In this document: in pieces, positions 1 through 9,740 of the stretch
How the letters are laid out: every line of letters starts with the position of its first letter
How positions within the stretch are numbered: the stretch's first letter is position 1
Assembly: GCA_045648705.1 (NCBI GenBank)
Contig: JAZROO010000060.1
Span: forward strand, 4,238 to 68,237
Length of the DNA: 64,000 nt
Direction: 5' to 3'
DNA from: Eubacteriales bacterium
GTDB lineage: Bacteria > Bacillota > Clostridia > Oscillospirales > QAKW01
Position numbers and translations under genes: made by a program
Notes under the pieces: model-generated
Told to the model about the DNA's origin: nothing
Databases searched by the model: none
The model's input: the letters and a program-made list of their open reading frames with translations, nothing else

Positions 1-2
1 GG

Positions 3-893
3 AACCGCTCAGCCGCATCTACACTGATAGTTGCCCTGATGTTGATTGCAACAGCATTTTTACTCGGCCTATTATCGACCACATTGTTTACCGAGGTCAA
101 AGGAGTCATCAGCAACATTGATTTATATCTCGACAAAACAGTAGCATACATCCAAGAATTGCCCAACAAATATGGTCATTTATTTAATGGTAAGTTGTCA
201 GGTGTAATCAACGAATGTATTAATTTTGCGAAAAATTACGACTATAGTAACCTGTTATCCGGTTCACTCGGAAGCGGTGCAATAAAATACGCAGGATCCC
301 TGATTTCATCACTCCCCTCTGCCCTTGTGTTTTTCATTGTAACAATTGTGGCAACATTTTTCATGTCCGCCTCTTTCCCGCAAATCAAAGGATTTATTTT
401 ACGTCAATTCAACGACAGCACCAGAGAATTAATTTTAGATGTTAAATATTATTTTATCAACACAGTTGTCAAATATTTAAAATCTTATTTTATTCTTTGG
501 ATGATTACATTTGCTGAATTATCCGTTGCTTTTTTAATTTTTGGATTCAAACCGCCTGTCACATTGGCATTTGTAATTTCTTTGGTAGATATTCTGCCGA
601 TTTTTGGCGTTGGAACCATCTTGATTCCTTGGTTTGTTATCGAATTAATTTTAGGCAACCCGATCACCGCACTCATTATTATTGGAATTTATCTTGTAAT
701 CACAATCGTAAGACAAACATTAGAACCTAAAATCATTGGTGACCACGTCGGTTTGCTGCCAATCGTAACCCTTTTCTGTATTTATATCGGTTTGCAGTTA
801 TTTGGTGTTCTGGGTATGTTTATGCTCCCCATTACTGTTACAATCATCAAAAATTTACAGGATAATCAAAAAATTAAAATTTGGAAAGAATAA
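3..893 (+). CDS. AI-2E family transporter / YtvI-like sporulation integral membrane protein (5' end lies outside the window)
   Basis: The frame is open from the window edge with no stop from nt 3. It is a polytopic membrane protein ending in ...LEPKIIGDHVGLLPIVTLF..., which is typical of AI-2E/UPF0118 permeases. A terminator follows. Confidence 0.7.
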   Translation, partial: NRSAASTLIVALMLIATAFLLGLLSTTLFTEVKGVISNIDLYLDKTVAYIQELPNKYGHLFNGKLSGVINECINFAKNYDYSNLLSGSLGSGAIKYAGSLISSLPSALVFFIVTIVATFFMSASFPQIKGFILRQFNDSTRELILDVKYYFINTVVKYLKSYFILWMITFAELSVAFLIFGFKPPVTLAFVISLVDILPIFGVGTILIPWFVIELILGNPITALIIIGIYLVITIVRQTLEPKIIGDHVGLLPIVTLFCIYIGLQLFGVLGMFMLPITVTIIKNLQDNQKIKIWKE

Positions 894-902
894 TTATATG
901 AA

Positions 903-945
903 AAGATTGAGTTTAGCACAACCGCTAAGCTCAATCTTTTTATTA
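903..945 (+). terminator. Intrinsic terminator after the ytvI-like gene
   Basis: Stem AAGATTGAGTTTAGC / GCTAAGCTCAATCTT (one G-U pair) followed by TTTTTATT. Confidence 0.7.
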
Positions 946-947
946 GA

Positions 948-985
948 TAAAAAATGCACCTTAAAGCCATAACTTTAAGGTGCAT
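948..985 (-). terminator. Intrinsic terminator after the ABC ATPase gene
   Basis: Stem TGCACCTTAAAG / CTTTAAGGTGCA. On the minus strand it is followed by TTTTTTATC. Confidence 0.7.
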
Positions 986-1005
986 TAATTTATATAATGT
1001 TTAAT

Positions 1006-2115
1006 TTAGTTTACCAAAGTAGTTTCGGTTTCTTTATCAAACAGGTGGATCTTTTCCAGATCCAGAGTAACAACAATCTTGTCGTCAGCTTTTGCAGTAG
1101 TGGTGGGAGCAACACGAGCAGTGAATTTAGAACCTGCAACATCCAAATACAGATATGTTTCAGCACCCATCAGCTCAGCAACTTCAACGTCAGCATTGAT
1201 AACGGATTCAGACATTTCTTCAAGGTATCTCTTTTCATCATGAACATGCTCAGGACGAATACCCAAAACAACAGTCTTACCAACATGCTCTTTTACTGCA
1301 TCATTGATTTTGTTTTCAGGCAATTTCAAGCTGTTGCCTGCAAACTCAATATAAAGTTCACCTGCTTTGTCAACCAATTCAACATCAACAAAGTTCATCT
1401 GAGGAGAACCGATGAATCCGGCAACAAACATGTTGCAGGGATACAGATACAGGTTCTGAGGAGTATCAACCTGTTGAATGAAGCCGTCTTTCATAACAAC
1501 GATACGTGTAGCCATTGTCATAGCTTCAGTCTGGTCATGGGTAACATAAATGAAAGTGGTTGCCAAATTATGATGGATCTTGGACAACTCTGTTCTCATC
1601 TGTGCTCTCAACTTAGCGTCCAAGTTGGACAACGGTTCGTCAAGCAAGAATACCTTGGGCTCACGAACGATAGCACGTCCAAGCGCAACACGCTGACGCT
1701 GACCACCGGACATAGCCTTGGGCTTTCTGTCAAGCAAATGAGTCAGATCCAAAATCTTAGCAGCTTCTTCTACACGACGCTTGATTTCATCCTTAGGAGT
1801 TTTTCTAAGTTTCAAACCAAATGCCATATTGTCAAAAACGGTCATATGAGGATACAGAGCATAGTTCTGGAATACCATTGCGATGTCTCTGTCCTTAGGA
1901 GCAACGTCGTTGACCAACTTATCACCGATGTAAAGTTCACCTTCTGTGATTTCTTCCAAACCGGCAATCATTCTCAGTGTGGTGGATTTACCGCAACCGG
2001 AAGGACCAACCAAAACCAAAAACTCTTTGTCCTCAATTTCAAGATTGAAATTGGATACGGCGATAACACCGCCTTGATATCTCTTATAGATATTCTTCAA
2101 TAATACGCTTGCCAT
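1006..2115 (-). CDS. Sugar ABC transporter ATP-binding protein (MsmX/MsmK/UgpC/MalK type), monocistronic
   Basis: Walker A GPSGCGKST, signature LSGGQRQRVALGRA, Walker B FLLDEPLSNLD and a MalK-like C-terminal regulatory domain. The ATG at 2115 (MASVLLKNIYKRY) sits behind a GGAGG. The ORF-track start at 2169 is an over-extension. Confidence 0.9.
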   Translation of the reverse strand: MASVLLKNIYKRYQGGVIAVSNFNLEIEDKEFLVLVGPSGCGKSTTLRMIAGLEEITEGELYIGDKLVNDVAPKDRDIAMVFQNYALYPHMTVFDNMAFGLKLRKTPKDEIKRRVEEAAKILDLTHLLDRKPKAMSGGQRQRVALGRAIVREPKVFLLDEPLSNLDAKLRAQMRTELSKIHHNLATTFIYVTHDQTEAMTMATRIVVMKDGFIQQVDTPQNLYLYPCNMFVAGFIGSPQMNFVDVELVDKAGELYIEFAGNSLKLPENKINDAVKEHVGKTVVLGIRPEHVHDEKRYLEEMSESVINADVEVAELMGAETYLYLDVAGSKFTARVAPTTTAKADDKIVVTLDLEKIHLFDKETETTLVN

Positions 2116-2157
2116 ATGGCATTGTACCTCCTCTAAAGATTGTACTTGATTATATAT

Positions 2158-2186
2158 AATATAACACAATTATTTTCAAAATGCAA
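2158..2186 (-). promoter_or_regulatory. SigA-type promoter for the ABC ATPase gene
   Basis: On the minus strand: TTGCAT, a 17-nt spacer, then TGtTATATT (extended -10). Confidence 0.5.
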
Positions 2187-2278
2187 TTTAATTTTTATAC
2201 AAAAAAGCAGATATTTTTTTGGTAATATTGCACAGAAATAGCAACGATTTTAAAATCAGACGCGATTTTTGTTCATTT

Positions 2279-4408
2279 TTACTCACGCATCGTTAGTGAT
2301 ATTCGTTTTGTTTTGGCATCAACAGAAAGAATCTTAACGCTCACAACATCACCGATATGAACAACATCTAACGGATGTTTAACAAATTTATTGCTAAGTT
2401 GCGAAATATGAACCAGCCCATCTTGATGTACACCAATATCAACAAACGCGCCAAAATCCGTGATGTTTCTAACTGTGCCTTGAAAGACCATTCCTTCTTT
2501 TATATCATTTATATCTAAAACATCGCTTCGAAGCAAGGGTTTGGAAAGATCATCTCGAGGATCTCTTGCAGGTTTTGCAAGTTCCGCAAGAATGTCTTGC
2601 AGGGTCAAAAGCCCTACCCCTATTTTATCAGCAAGTTGCTGACCCGATTTTTCAAAAAGTTTTTGAATAGAGGCCACCGCCGACGTTCCAACATCGCTTA
2701 AATTCAGACCGCACTCAGCCAAAACAAGTTCAGCCGCCCCGTAGCTTTCGGGATGCACCGACGAATTATCAAGCGGATTGTTAGACTCCTTGATTCTCAA
2801 AAATCCCGCGCACTGTTCAAAAGCCTTGGCACCCAATTTAGGCACCTTTAGCAACATTTTTCTGGAAGTAAACAAGCCATTTTCTTCACGGTATTTCACA
2901 ATGTTTTGCGCTATTGTAGAAGAAATACCTGCAATTCGTTTCAAAAGCGGAACAGAAGCGGTGTTCAAATCTGCACCAACATTATTAACGCACTCTTCTA
3001 CTACACCATCCAAAACCTCACCAAGCCTCTTTTGTCTCATATCATGTTGATATTGCCCAACACCGATTGACTTAGGATCGATTTTCACCAACTCCGGAAG
3101 AGGATCTTGCAAACGTCTTGCTATAGAAACTGCGCTTCTGAGCGAAACGTCGTATTCCGGAAATTCCTCCGCAGCAAGTGACGACGCCGAATAAACCGAC
3201 GCACCCGCCTCACTCACCATAATATATCCAACGCCTTTGAGATCAGAAATCATATCTGAAACAAAGATTTCGCTTTCTTTCGAAGCAGTTCCGTTACCAA
3301 CAGCAATTGCCGTTACATTGTACTTTTTAATCCAATTGCGCAGCAATGCTGACGCGCCCTCTTTATCATTTTTGGGCGGAGTGGGATAAACCACACCCAC
3401 GTCTAAAACCTTGCCACTTTCATCAATTACGCATACTTTGCATCCCGTACGATATCCCGGATCAAAGCCGATAATACAGCTCCCCTTCAGCGGCGGTTGC
3501 AATAACAGTTGTTTCAAATTTTGACGAAAAATCACCAACGCTTGCTCTTCAGCATTATCTCGCAACTCTGTTCTGATCTCACGTTCAATAGCCGGAAACA
3601 GCAATCGCTTGTAACTATCGGAAATACAGGCCAAAATTTCCTTTTGAAAACTACCTTTAGGATTACCGATTTTACCATATAAATACTGTTCTGCCAGATT
3701 CTCGGGCAGTTTCATAGATACCTTAAGGCACTTTTCTTTTTCACCGCGGTTAATTGCCAAAACTTGATGCGATTTAAGCTTTGAGATAACGGAAGAAAAT
3801 TCATAGTACTGACGATAAACACTATCTTCTTCTACGGCTCGCTCACTACTCAACAATGCGTTTTGCCAAGCCAATCGGCGAAGATCTTTTCGGTATTCAG
3901 CGTTTTCCGCTATGTCCTCTGCCAAAATAAAAAGAGCACCTTCAATAGCCGCTTCTATACTTAAAACATTATCACTAATATATTCAGCGGCAATATCATT
4001 CAAAGGACGAGCATCCTGTTGTTTTAAAATAATCTCAGCAAGAGGTTCAAGCCCGTTTTCTCTGGCAACACTTGCCTTGGTTTTTCGCTTGGGACGATAC
4101 GGCAAATAAATATCATCTACTTCTGTCAAAGTCGAAGCTTTATCCAAAGCAACCGCAAGACCTTCATCCCACTTCCCCTGCTCACTTATCAATCGTTTAA
4201 CTTCCGCTTTTCTCTCGTTCAATGAGCGAAAATATAACAATTTCTCTTGCAACAAGCGCAAAGACTGATCATCCATAGCACCCGTTTTTTCTTTACGATA
4301 ACGAGCAATAAACGGTATTGTGCAACCTTCATCAATAAGGGCTACAGCAGCCTCAATTCTTCCCGGTGCAATATTTAATTCTTTTGATAAATACTGAATC
4401 TCATTCAT
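2279..4408 (-). CDS. tex: Tex-like transcription accessory protein (YqgF/RuvC-like, HhH and S1 domains)
   Basis: The N-terminus IAPGRIEAAVALIDEGCTIPFIARYRKE, the internal GxDPGxRTGCK motif and the C-terminal S1 domain (GTVRNITDFGAFVDIG) are diagnostic. The ATG at 4408 is preferred over the GTG at 4420. Confidence 0.9.
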   Translation of the reverse strand: MNEIQYLSKELNIAPGRIEAAVALIDEGCTIPFIARYRKEKTGAMDDQSLRLLQEKLLYFRSLNERKAEVKRLISEQGKWDEGLAVALDKASTLTEVDDIYLPYRPKRKTKASVARENGLEPLAEIILKQQDARPLNDIAAEYISDNVLSIEAAIEGALFILAEDIAENAEYRKDLRRLAWQNALLSSERAVEEDSVYRQYYEFSSVISKLKSHQVLAINRGEKEKCLKVSMKLPENLAEQYLYGKIGNPKGSFQKEILACISDSYKRLLFPAIEREIRTELRDNAEEQALVIFRQNLKQLLLQPPLKGSCIIGFDPGYRTGCKVCVIDESGKVLDVGVVYPTPPKNDKEGASALLRNWIKKYNVTAIAVGNGTASKESEIFVSDMISDLKGVGYIMVSEAGASVYSASSLAAEEFPEYDVSLRSAVSIARRLQDPLPELVKIDPKSIGVGQYQHDMRQKRLGEVLDGVVEECVNNVGADLNTASVPLLKRIAGISSTIAQNIVKYREENGLFTSRKMLLKVPKLGAKAFEQCAGFLRIKESNNPLDNSSVHPESYGAAELVLAECGLNLSDVGTSAVASIQKLFEKSGQQLADKIGVGLLTLQDILAELAKPARDPRDDLSKPLLRSDVLDINDIKEGMVFQGTVRNITDFGAFVDIGVHQDGLVHISQLSNKFVKHPLDVVHIGDVVSVKILSVDAKTKRISLTMRE

Positions 4409-5117
4409 CACTTTTTCCACCCTTTAAAAGTTTTAACTCATCATCTGTGATATATCGTGCATCCCCGTATTCAAGTCTCGGGTCAAGCGGCAAATCACCC
4501 ATACAACAGCGATGCAATTTCACAACTTCATTTTCTATCGCAGCAAACATGCGCTTAATTTGATGAAATTTTCCTTCTGTTATTTTAACCTTTGCCAGTC
4601 GCAAATCAAGTATCTCAAGCTCTGCCGGCTTGCAAGTAAAATCAGAAAGTTCTATTCCCCCAGCAAATCTATCAATCGCGCTTGGGTCAATATCGTCCCG
4701 TAATTCTACAATATAGGTTTTTTGCACATGCTTTTTAGGAGAAAGAATATTGTGAGCAAAATCACCATCATTTGTAATAAGTAAAAATCCTGTGGTATTC
4801 TTATCCAAACGGCCGGCAACAAACAAATCTCTCTGCCGCATGTCTGGCGGCAGCAAATCGAGCGCCGTTTTGGCATGCCGATCTTGTGTTGCCGAAAGAA
4901 CACCCTCAGGTTTATTCATCATTATATAAACATATTTTTGATATTTTCCCAAAACGCCAAAGCGTTTGATCTGATCCGTTGTCGAAAAGTGTTCGGAACA
5001 TTTTCGTACAACCATTCCATTAACCGAGATATTACCCGCCAAAATGTCGCTTTTCGCTTGCTTTCTGGTCACTTTAAAAAGATCACACACAAGTTTGTCC
5101 AGTCGAAACTGCTCCAT
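4401..5117 (-). CDS. Pseudouridine synthase, RsuA/RluB family, with an S4 domain
   Basis: N-terminal S4 domain (RLDKLV...SRKQAK....G.I.VNG) and catalytic motif AGRLDKNTTGFLLITNDG. Its stop overlaps the tex start (ATGAATGA). Confidence 0.85.
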   Translation of the reverse strand: MEQFRLDKLVCDLFKVTRKQAKSDILAGNISVNGMVVRKCSEHFSTTDQIKRFGVLGKYQKYVYIMMNKPEGVLSATQDRHAKTALDLLPPDMRQRDLFVAGRLDKNTTGFLLITNDGDFAHNILSPKKHVQKTYIVELRDDIDPSAIDRFAGGIELSDFTCKPAELEILDLRLAKVKITEGKFHQIKRMFAAIENEVVKLHRCCMGDLPLDPRLEYGDARYITDDELKLLKGGKSDE

Positions 5118-5174
5118 AATCTCTCCTTTAAATATGATGATATTAAATTATAACAGAATACAATTATTATGTCA

Positions 5175-5203
5175 AAGAATAAACACCGCAAAAATGCGGT
5201 GTT
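5175..5203 (-). terminator. Intrinsic terminator after the dCMP deaminase gene
   Basis: Stem AACACCGCA / TGCGGTGTT with a T-rich tail on the minus strand. Confidence 0.5.
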
Positions 5204-5208
5204 TTTCA

Positions 5209-5694
5209 TTAATAACCAAAAGTTTCGGTCAAAGAATCGTCATTTTCTATCCAATCCGATACCAAAATCTTTCTATATTCTGTTTTAGTGTCACGAATGT
5301 AAACAGCGGTTATTCCTGCATTAATGATCATACGCTTACACATAGCGCAGGAATTGGCATCTTTGATATAGCAGCCATCATCTGCGTTTTTACCTACTAA
5401 AAACATTTCTGCACCCAAAGTATCATTTCTGGAAGCCGCAATAATGCAATTTTGTTCTGCATGGATAGAGCGACACAATTCATACCGTTCACCCCTGGGA
5501 ACGTTTAATTTTTCACGCATGCAAAAGCCAAGATCGTTGCAGTTCTTTCTTCCTCTCGGGGCACCGTTATATCCTGTTGAAATAATTTGATCATTCTTCA
5601 CAACTATTGCGCCGAAATTACGACGAATGCATGTGCTTCGTTCGATTACGGTTTCGGCAATATCAAGATAATAATTGATTTTATCAATACGCAT
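5209..5694 (-). CDS. comEB: Deoxycytidylate (dCMP) deaminase, ComEB type
   Basis: Zinc-binding motifs HAEQNCI and CAMCKRMIINAGI; length 161 aa. Confidence 0.85.
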   Translation of the reverse strand: MRIDKINYYLDIAETVIERSTCIRRNFGAIVVKNDQIISTGYNGAPRGRKNCNDLGFCMREKLNVPRGERYELCRSIHAEQNCIIAASRNDTLGAEMFLVGKNADDGCYIKDANSCAMCKRMIINAGITAVYIRDTKTEYRKILVSDWIENDDSLTETFGY

Positions 5695-5706
5695 TTTTTA
5701 ACCTCT

Positions 5707-5739
5707 TACAAAAGCGGATGCCCAATGGACATCCGCTTT
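5707..5739 (-). terminator. Hairpin terminator after the small P-loop gene
   Basis: Stem AAAGCGGATG / CATCCGCTTT with T-runs on both sides. Confidence 0.45.
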
Positions 5740-5754
5740 TAATTTTATAGTTTA

Positions 5755-6162
5755 TTACACAAATTTAAGTACACTCTCAGGAGCATCATCAGCACTGGCA
5801 GAAACCATCACAGTAACATTTGTCTTAGATGTTTCTGTAAATTTCTCCAGGTTCTCAAGCAATTTGCCCAGAGCCTCTAAATCCTCGCCAACGATCTTCA
5901 AAATAGAATCAACATAAACAGATGTAATATCGTAGTTGCCTGCGAACAAGCCGAGAATAAAGCCTTCCAATGCGGCAATACCGTCAATTTTGTAGCTCTT
6001 AATATCAATCAATCTGGCCTTGGATGAAATATCAAGTTTCAATTTGTCACCGTATTCGATGCAAACAACGTTTCCGGCAGATTCTTTGGTTTCTTGATTT
6101 ACCATTTCAATCAAAGCCTTGGTTTTTCCAGTTCCTTTTTTTCCAATAATAACTTTAATCAT
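5755..6162 (-). CDS. Small P-loop NTPase-like protein of unknown function
   Basis: Walker A GKKGTGKT at residues 7-14 and a Walker-B-like VYVDSI. It is only 135 aa and has a good RBS (AGGAGGTAATCTC ATG). Confidence 0.6.
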   Translation of the reverse strand: MIKVIIGKKGTGKTKALIEMVNQETKESAGNVVCIEYGDKLKLDISSKARLIDIKSYKIDGIAALEGFILGLFAGNYDITSVYVDSILKIVGEDLEALGKLLENLEKFTETSKTNVTVMVSASADDAPESVLKFV

Positions 6163-6179
6163 GAGATTACCTCCTAGAT

Positions 6180-7520
6180 TTATTTATTTAAACCGGCAAT
6201 TTTTTGTTTAATTGCTTCGGTTTCCTGCTCATATCCGGGTTTGCCAAGTAAGGCAAACATATTTTTCTTGTAAGCTTCGACGCCCGGTTGATCAAACGGG
6301 TTAACACCCAACAAATAACCGGAAATTGCACACGCTTTTTCGAAGAAGTAAACAAGATATCCAAAATGATATGCATCATATGCATCAAATTCCAACACAA
6401 CGTTTGGTACGCCACCATCCGTATGTGCCAAAACTGTTCCTAAAAATGCATTATCGTTTACATACTGTACCGTTTTGCCGCTCAAGAAATTCAAACCATC
6501 AAGATTTCCTTCAACCTCACCGATGATGATCTCTTTTTCAACATTCGTAGCCTTCATAACGGTTTCAAAAATATTGCGGCTGCCGCTTTGAATAAATTGA
6601 CCCAAAGAATGAAGATCAGTTGAAAACGTTGCGCCGGCAGGAAAGATTCCCTTATTGTCCTTTCCTTCACTTTCACCATACAGTTGCTTAAACCACTCGA
6701 TAAAGTAAGTGGCACGAGGTTCATAAGTAACCAGCATTTCAATTCCTTTTCCTTTACGGAACAAGATATTACGATCAACCACGTACTTATAGCACTCATT
6801 GTCAGAGGACAGGAAATCAAGTCTGGCGTCCGCAGCACCCTGCATTATAGCATCCAAATCGATACCTGCTGCTGCTATGGGCAATAAACCAACTGCTGTT
6901 AAAACTGAAAATCTACCGCCAACATCGTCCGGTACAACAAAACTCTCATACCCTTCGTCCGTTGCCAATTGCTTCAAAGTACCACGAGCTTTATCGGTCG
7001 TAACATAAATTCTTTCCTTTGCCCCGTCTTTTCCGTATTTCTTTTCTAACATTTCCTTGAAAATGCGAAAAGCAATAGCGGGCTCAGTTGTCGTTCCGGA
7101 CTTGGAGATAACGTTTACACTAAAATCACTATTCTCGCAAATCTCTATTATTTCACTTAAATAATCAGAAGAAATATTATTTCCTGCAAAATAAATATCA
7201 GGTGTTTCTTTCTTCTTAGAATTATACAATGGCGAATTAATAAATTCAATTGCCGCTCTCGCTCCAAGATAGGAACCGCCAATACCGATAACAACCAAAA
7301 CCGAAGACTGTTTTGAAATTTTATTCGCCGCCGCCTTTATACGAGTATACTCTTCTTTATCATAATTCAGCGGAAGGTCAACCCAGCCCAAGAAGTCATT
7401 ACCTGCACCTTTTTTTGAATGCAACAGGTCGTGAGCAACATCGATGTAAGGAAGCAAATATTCACGTTCATGACTTTCGATAAATGACTGTAAATATTGC
7501 TCATTAACTCTAACTGACAT
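6180..7520 (-). CDS. pgi: Glucose-6-phosphate isomerase
   Basis: 446-aa Firmicute-type PGI with [25 protein letters not shown] and YGESEGK motifs. Confidence 0.95.
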   Translation of the reverse strand: MSVRVNEQYLQSFIESHEREYLLPYIDVAHDLLHSKKGAGNDFLGWVDLPLNYDKEEYTRIKAAANKISKQSSVLVVIGIGGSYLGARAAIEFINSPLYNSKKKETPDIYFAGNNISSDYLSEIIEICENSDFSVNVISKSGTTTEPAIAFRIFKEMLEKKYGKDGAKERIYVTTDKARGTLKQLATDEGYESFVVPDDVGGRFSVLTAVGLLPIAAAGIDLDAIMQGAADARLDFLSSDNECYKYVVDRNILFRKGKGIEMLVTYEPRATYFIEWFKQLYGESEGKDNKGIFPAGATFSTDLHSLGQFIQSGSRNIFETVMKATNVEKEIIIGEVEGNLDGLNFLSGKTVQYVNDNAFLGTVLAHTDGGVPNVVLEFDAYDAYHFGYLVYFFEKACAISGYLLGVNPFDQPGVEAYKKNMFALLGKPGYEQETEAIKQKIAGLNK

Positions 7521-7574
7521 CTAAAAACCTCCTTGTTTTATTTATCATAACATTTTTTGTTGCTATATTCAAGT

Positions 7575-8714
7575 CTAAACTGTTAAAAAAACATGGATTA
7601 TCTGCAAAAAAACATCCCAATACGTCGCTTTTTCTACTTTTTCAGACAAAACGATTGGATAATTCTCTAAAATCTCCTCTCCTGCCACCAAATTAACCTC
7701 ACCTACCTGCGTCCCTTTGTCAGCAGGCGCAGTGATTGCCTCCTCCATTTTAATTTCGATATTAATTTTAGAAGACGTGCCTTTTTCTAAAAGTAAATTT
7801 ATATCTTTTATGCCCGTAACAGGTGCAGACTCATTTTTTGAGCCAATGGATTTTATTGTTGAGGGTATGGTAATTTGTTTACTATAAATTTCATATCCCG
7901 CAAACCCAAAATTTAGCAATTTTTTTGCATCTTCAAACCGCTTTGGTGATGTGGGTGATGCCAGTACAACCGCAATTAACTCCATACCGTTCCGCATTGC
8001 AGAAGCGGACATACAATACAATGCCTTAGATGTCGAACCGGTTTTCAATCCGGTGCACCCTTCATAAAATCGCACCAATTTATTTGTGTTTGACAATCCA
8101 AATGAGCCATCGCGTAACGTATCCATCCAGATAGTTGTATAGTTCCGAATCAGATCATGCTTTAAAAGTTCGGTAGACATAATAGCTATATCACGTGCGC
8201 TTGAATAATGACCGTCAGCATCCAATCCGGTGCAATTCACAAAGTTTGTATGTTTCATTCCTAGTTCATCAGCACGCTTATTCATCAGCGTTACGAAAGC
8301 GGTATCACTCCCTGCTATATGCTCCCCCATTGCAACAGCCGCATCATTTGCCGAGGAAACCGTAATTGCTTTAAGCATATCATTAACGGATAAAGTTTCC
8401 CCCTCTTTCAAATAGACTTGTGATCCGCCCATTGATACAGCATGTTCCGAACAGGTCACCATCGTTTCAAGTGTAATTTTGCCTTCTTTTAGCGCTTCCA
8501 TAATTAAAAGTAATGTCATGATTTTCGTTACAGAAGCTATGGGGCGCTCCACATCCGCCTCTTTTTCATAAAGAATTTTTTGCGTCGATCTCTCAATCAA
8601 AATAGCAGACGGACAATCCAGATCAATCACCGGCTTTTCCTCCGCATAACATAACGGCAGACATAAATTAAAAAATAAAACTATTGCTAATAAGACACTC
8701 ACTACTTTTTTCAT
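7575..8714 (-). CDS. D-alanyl-D-alanine carboxypeptidase (serine-type, PBP5/DacB-like)
   Basis: Signal peptide, active-site SVTK, SSAND (SxN) and KTGS (KTG) motifs. The ATG at 8714 sits behind GAGGTG; the ORF-track start at 8786 is an over-extension. Confidence 0.85.
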   Translation of the reverse strand: MKKVVSVLLAIVLFFNLCLPLCYAEEKPVIDLDCPSAILIERSTQKILYEKEADVERPIASVTKIMTLLLIMEALKEGKITLETMVTCSEHAVSMGGSQVYLKEGETLSVNDMLKAITVSSANDAAVAMGEHIAGSDTAFVTLMNKRADELGMKHTNFVNCTGLDADGHYSSARDIAIMSTELLKHDLIRNYTTIWMDTLRDGSFGLSNTNKLVRFYEGCTGLKTGSTSKALYCMSASAMRNGMELIAVVLASPTSPKRFEDAKKLLNFGFAGYEIYSKQITIPSTIKSIGSKNESAPVTGIKDINLLLEKGTSSKINIEIKMEEAITAPADKGTQVGEVNLVAGEEILENYPIVLSEKVEKATYWDVFLQIIHVFLTV

Positions 8715-8791
8715 ATTTTTCACCTCAAAAAAATGATATGAAAAAAGCAAAAGAAAAATGCAGGCAATCATAACGACTGCCTGCATCGGTA

Positions 8792-9730
8792 TTATTTTTT
8801 AAGGGATATGGCTTTTTGTGCAGATGCAACGATATTATCCGCATTCAAGCCAAAGGCATCCAATACCTTAAGTGCCGGACCGGATTTACCAAACACATCC
8901 TGCACGCCGTGACGAACCACAGCGCAAGGTGCTTCGTCTGCAATTGCTTCGCAAACTGCACTTCCAAGACCACCGATAACGCTATGCTCCTCTGTTGTAA
9001 CAATAGCGCCGGTCTTTTTTGAATATTCAACCAACAAATCCTTGTCAATAGGCTTAATGGTAGGCATATTGATTACAGCCGCAGAAACGCCTTTTTCAGC
9101 AAGGATTTCACGAGCTTTCAATGCCTCTCCAACCATCAGACCGGTTGCCACAATAGTAACATCGCTACCATCATGCAAAACAACACCTTTTCCGATTTCA
9201 AATTTATAATCATCACCAAAAATGGTATCAACTGCCATACGACCAAAGCGAAGATAAACAGGACCGTCATGTTGAATAGCTGCCTCAACAGCGGCACGAG
9301 TTTCTACAGGGTCAGCCGGATTGATGATAACTATGCCGGGAATTGTGCGCATCAAAGCAATATCTTCATTACATTGATGTGTTGCACCGTCTTCACCAAC
9401 GGACAAACCGGCATGAGTAGCACCGATTTTAACATTTAAGTGAGGATAACCGATTGAATTTCTGACCTGTTCAAACGCACGACCTGCAGCGAACATCGCA
9501 AAAGAACTCGCAAATACGGTTTTACCTGCCGCAGCCATACCGGCAGCAACACCCATCATATTTCCCTCGGCGATACCGCAATCAAAAAAGCGTTCGGGAT
9601 ATGCATCTTTTAAAACGCCGGTTTTGGTTGCCGCCGCCAAATCCGCATCAAATACATAGAGATCATATTTTTGTGCCAACTCTGCAAGCGCCTTGCCGTA
9701 AGCATCTCTGGTTGCCATTTTATTACTCAT
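8792..9730 (-). CDS. Transketolase, C-terminal (pyrimidine-binding) subunit
   Basis: 312 aa with DCGIAEGNMMGVAAGMA and a transketolase C-terminal domain. It lies directly downstream of the N-terminal subunit gene. Confidence 0.9.
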   Translation of the reverse strand: MSNKMATRDAYGKALAELAQKYDLYVFDADLAAATKTGVLKDAYPERFFDCGIAEGNMMGVAAGMAAAGKTVFASSFAMFAAGRAFEQVRNSIGYPHLNVKIGATHAGLSVGEDGATHQCNEDIALMRTIPGIVIINPADPVETRAAVEAAIQHDGPVYLRFGRMAVDTIFGDDYKFEIGKGVVLHDGSDVTIVATGLMVGEALKAREILAEKGVSAAVINMPTIKPIDKDLLVEYSKKTGAIVTTEEHSVIGGLGSAVCEAIADEAPCAVVRHGVQDVFGKSGPALKVLDAFGLNADNIVASAQKAISLKK

Positions 9731-9740
9731 AATTTACCTC

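Noticed and set aside
997-2103. 368-aa plus-strand ORF covering the whole ABC ATPase gene
   Set aside because: It is the antisense mirror of a gene with unmistakable Walker A, signature and Walker B motifs. Its own translation is low-complexity (rich in F, N, Q and S), has no RBS and carries no recognisable motif.
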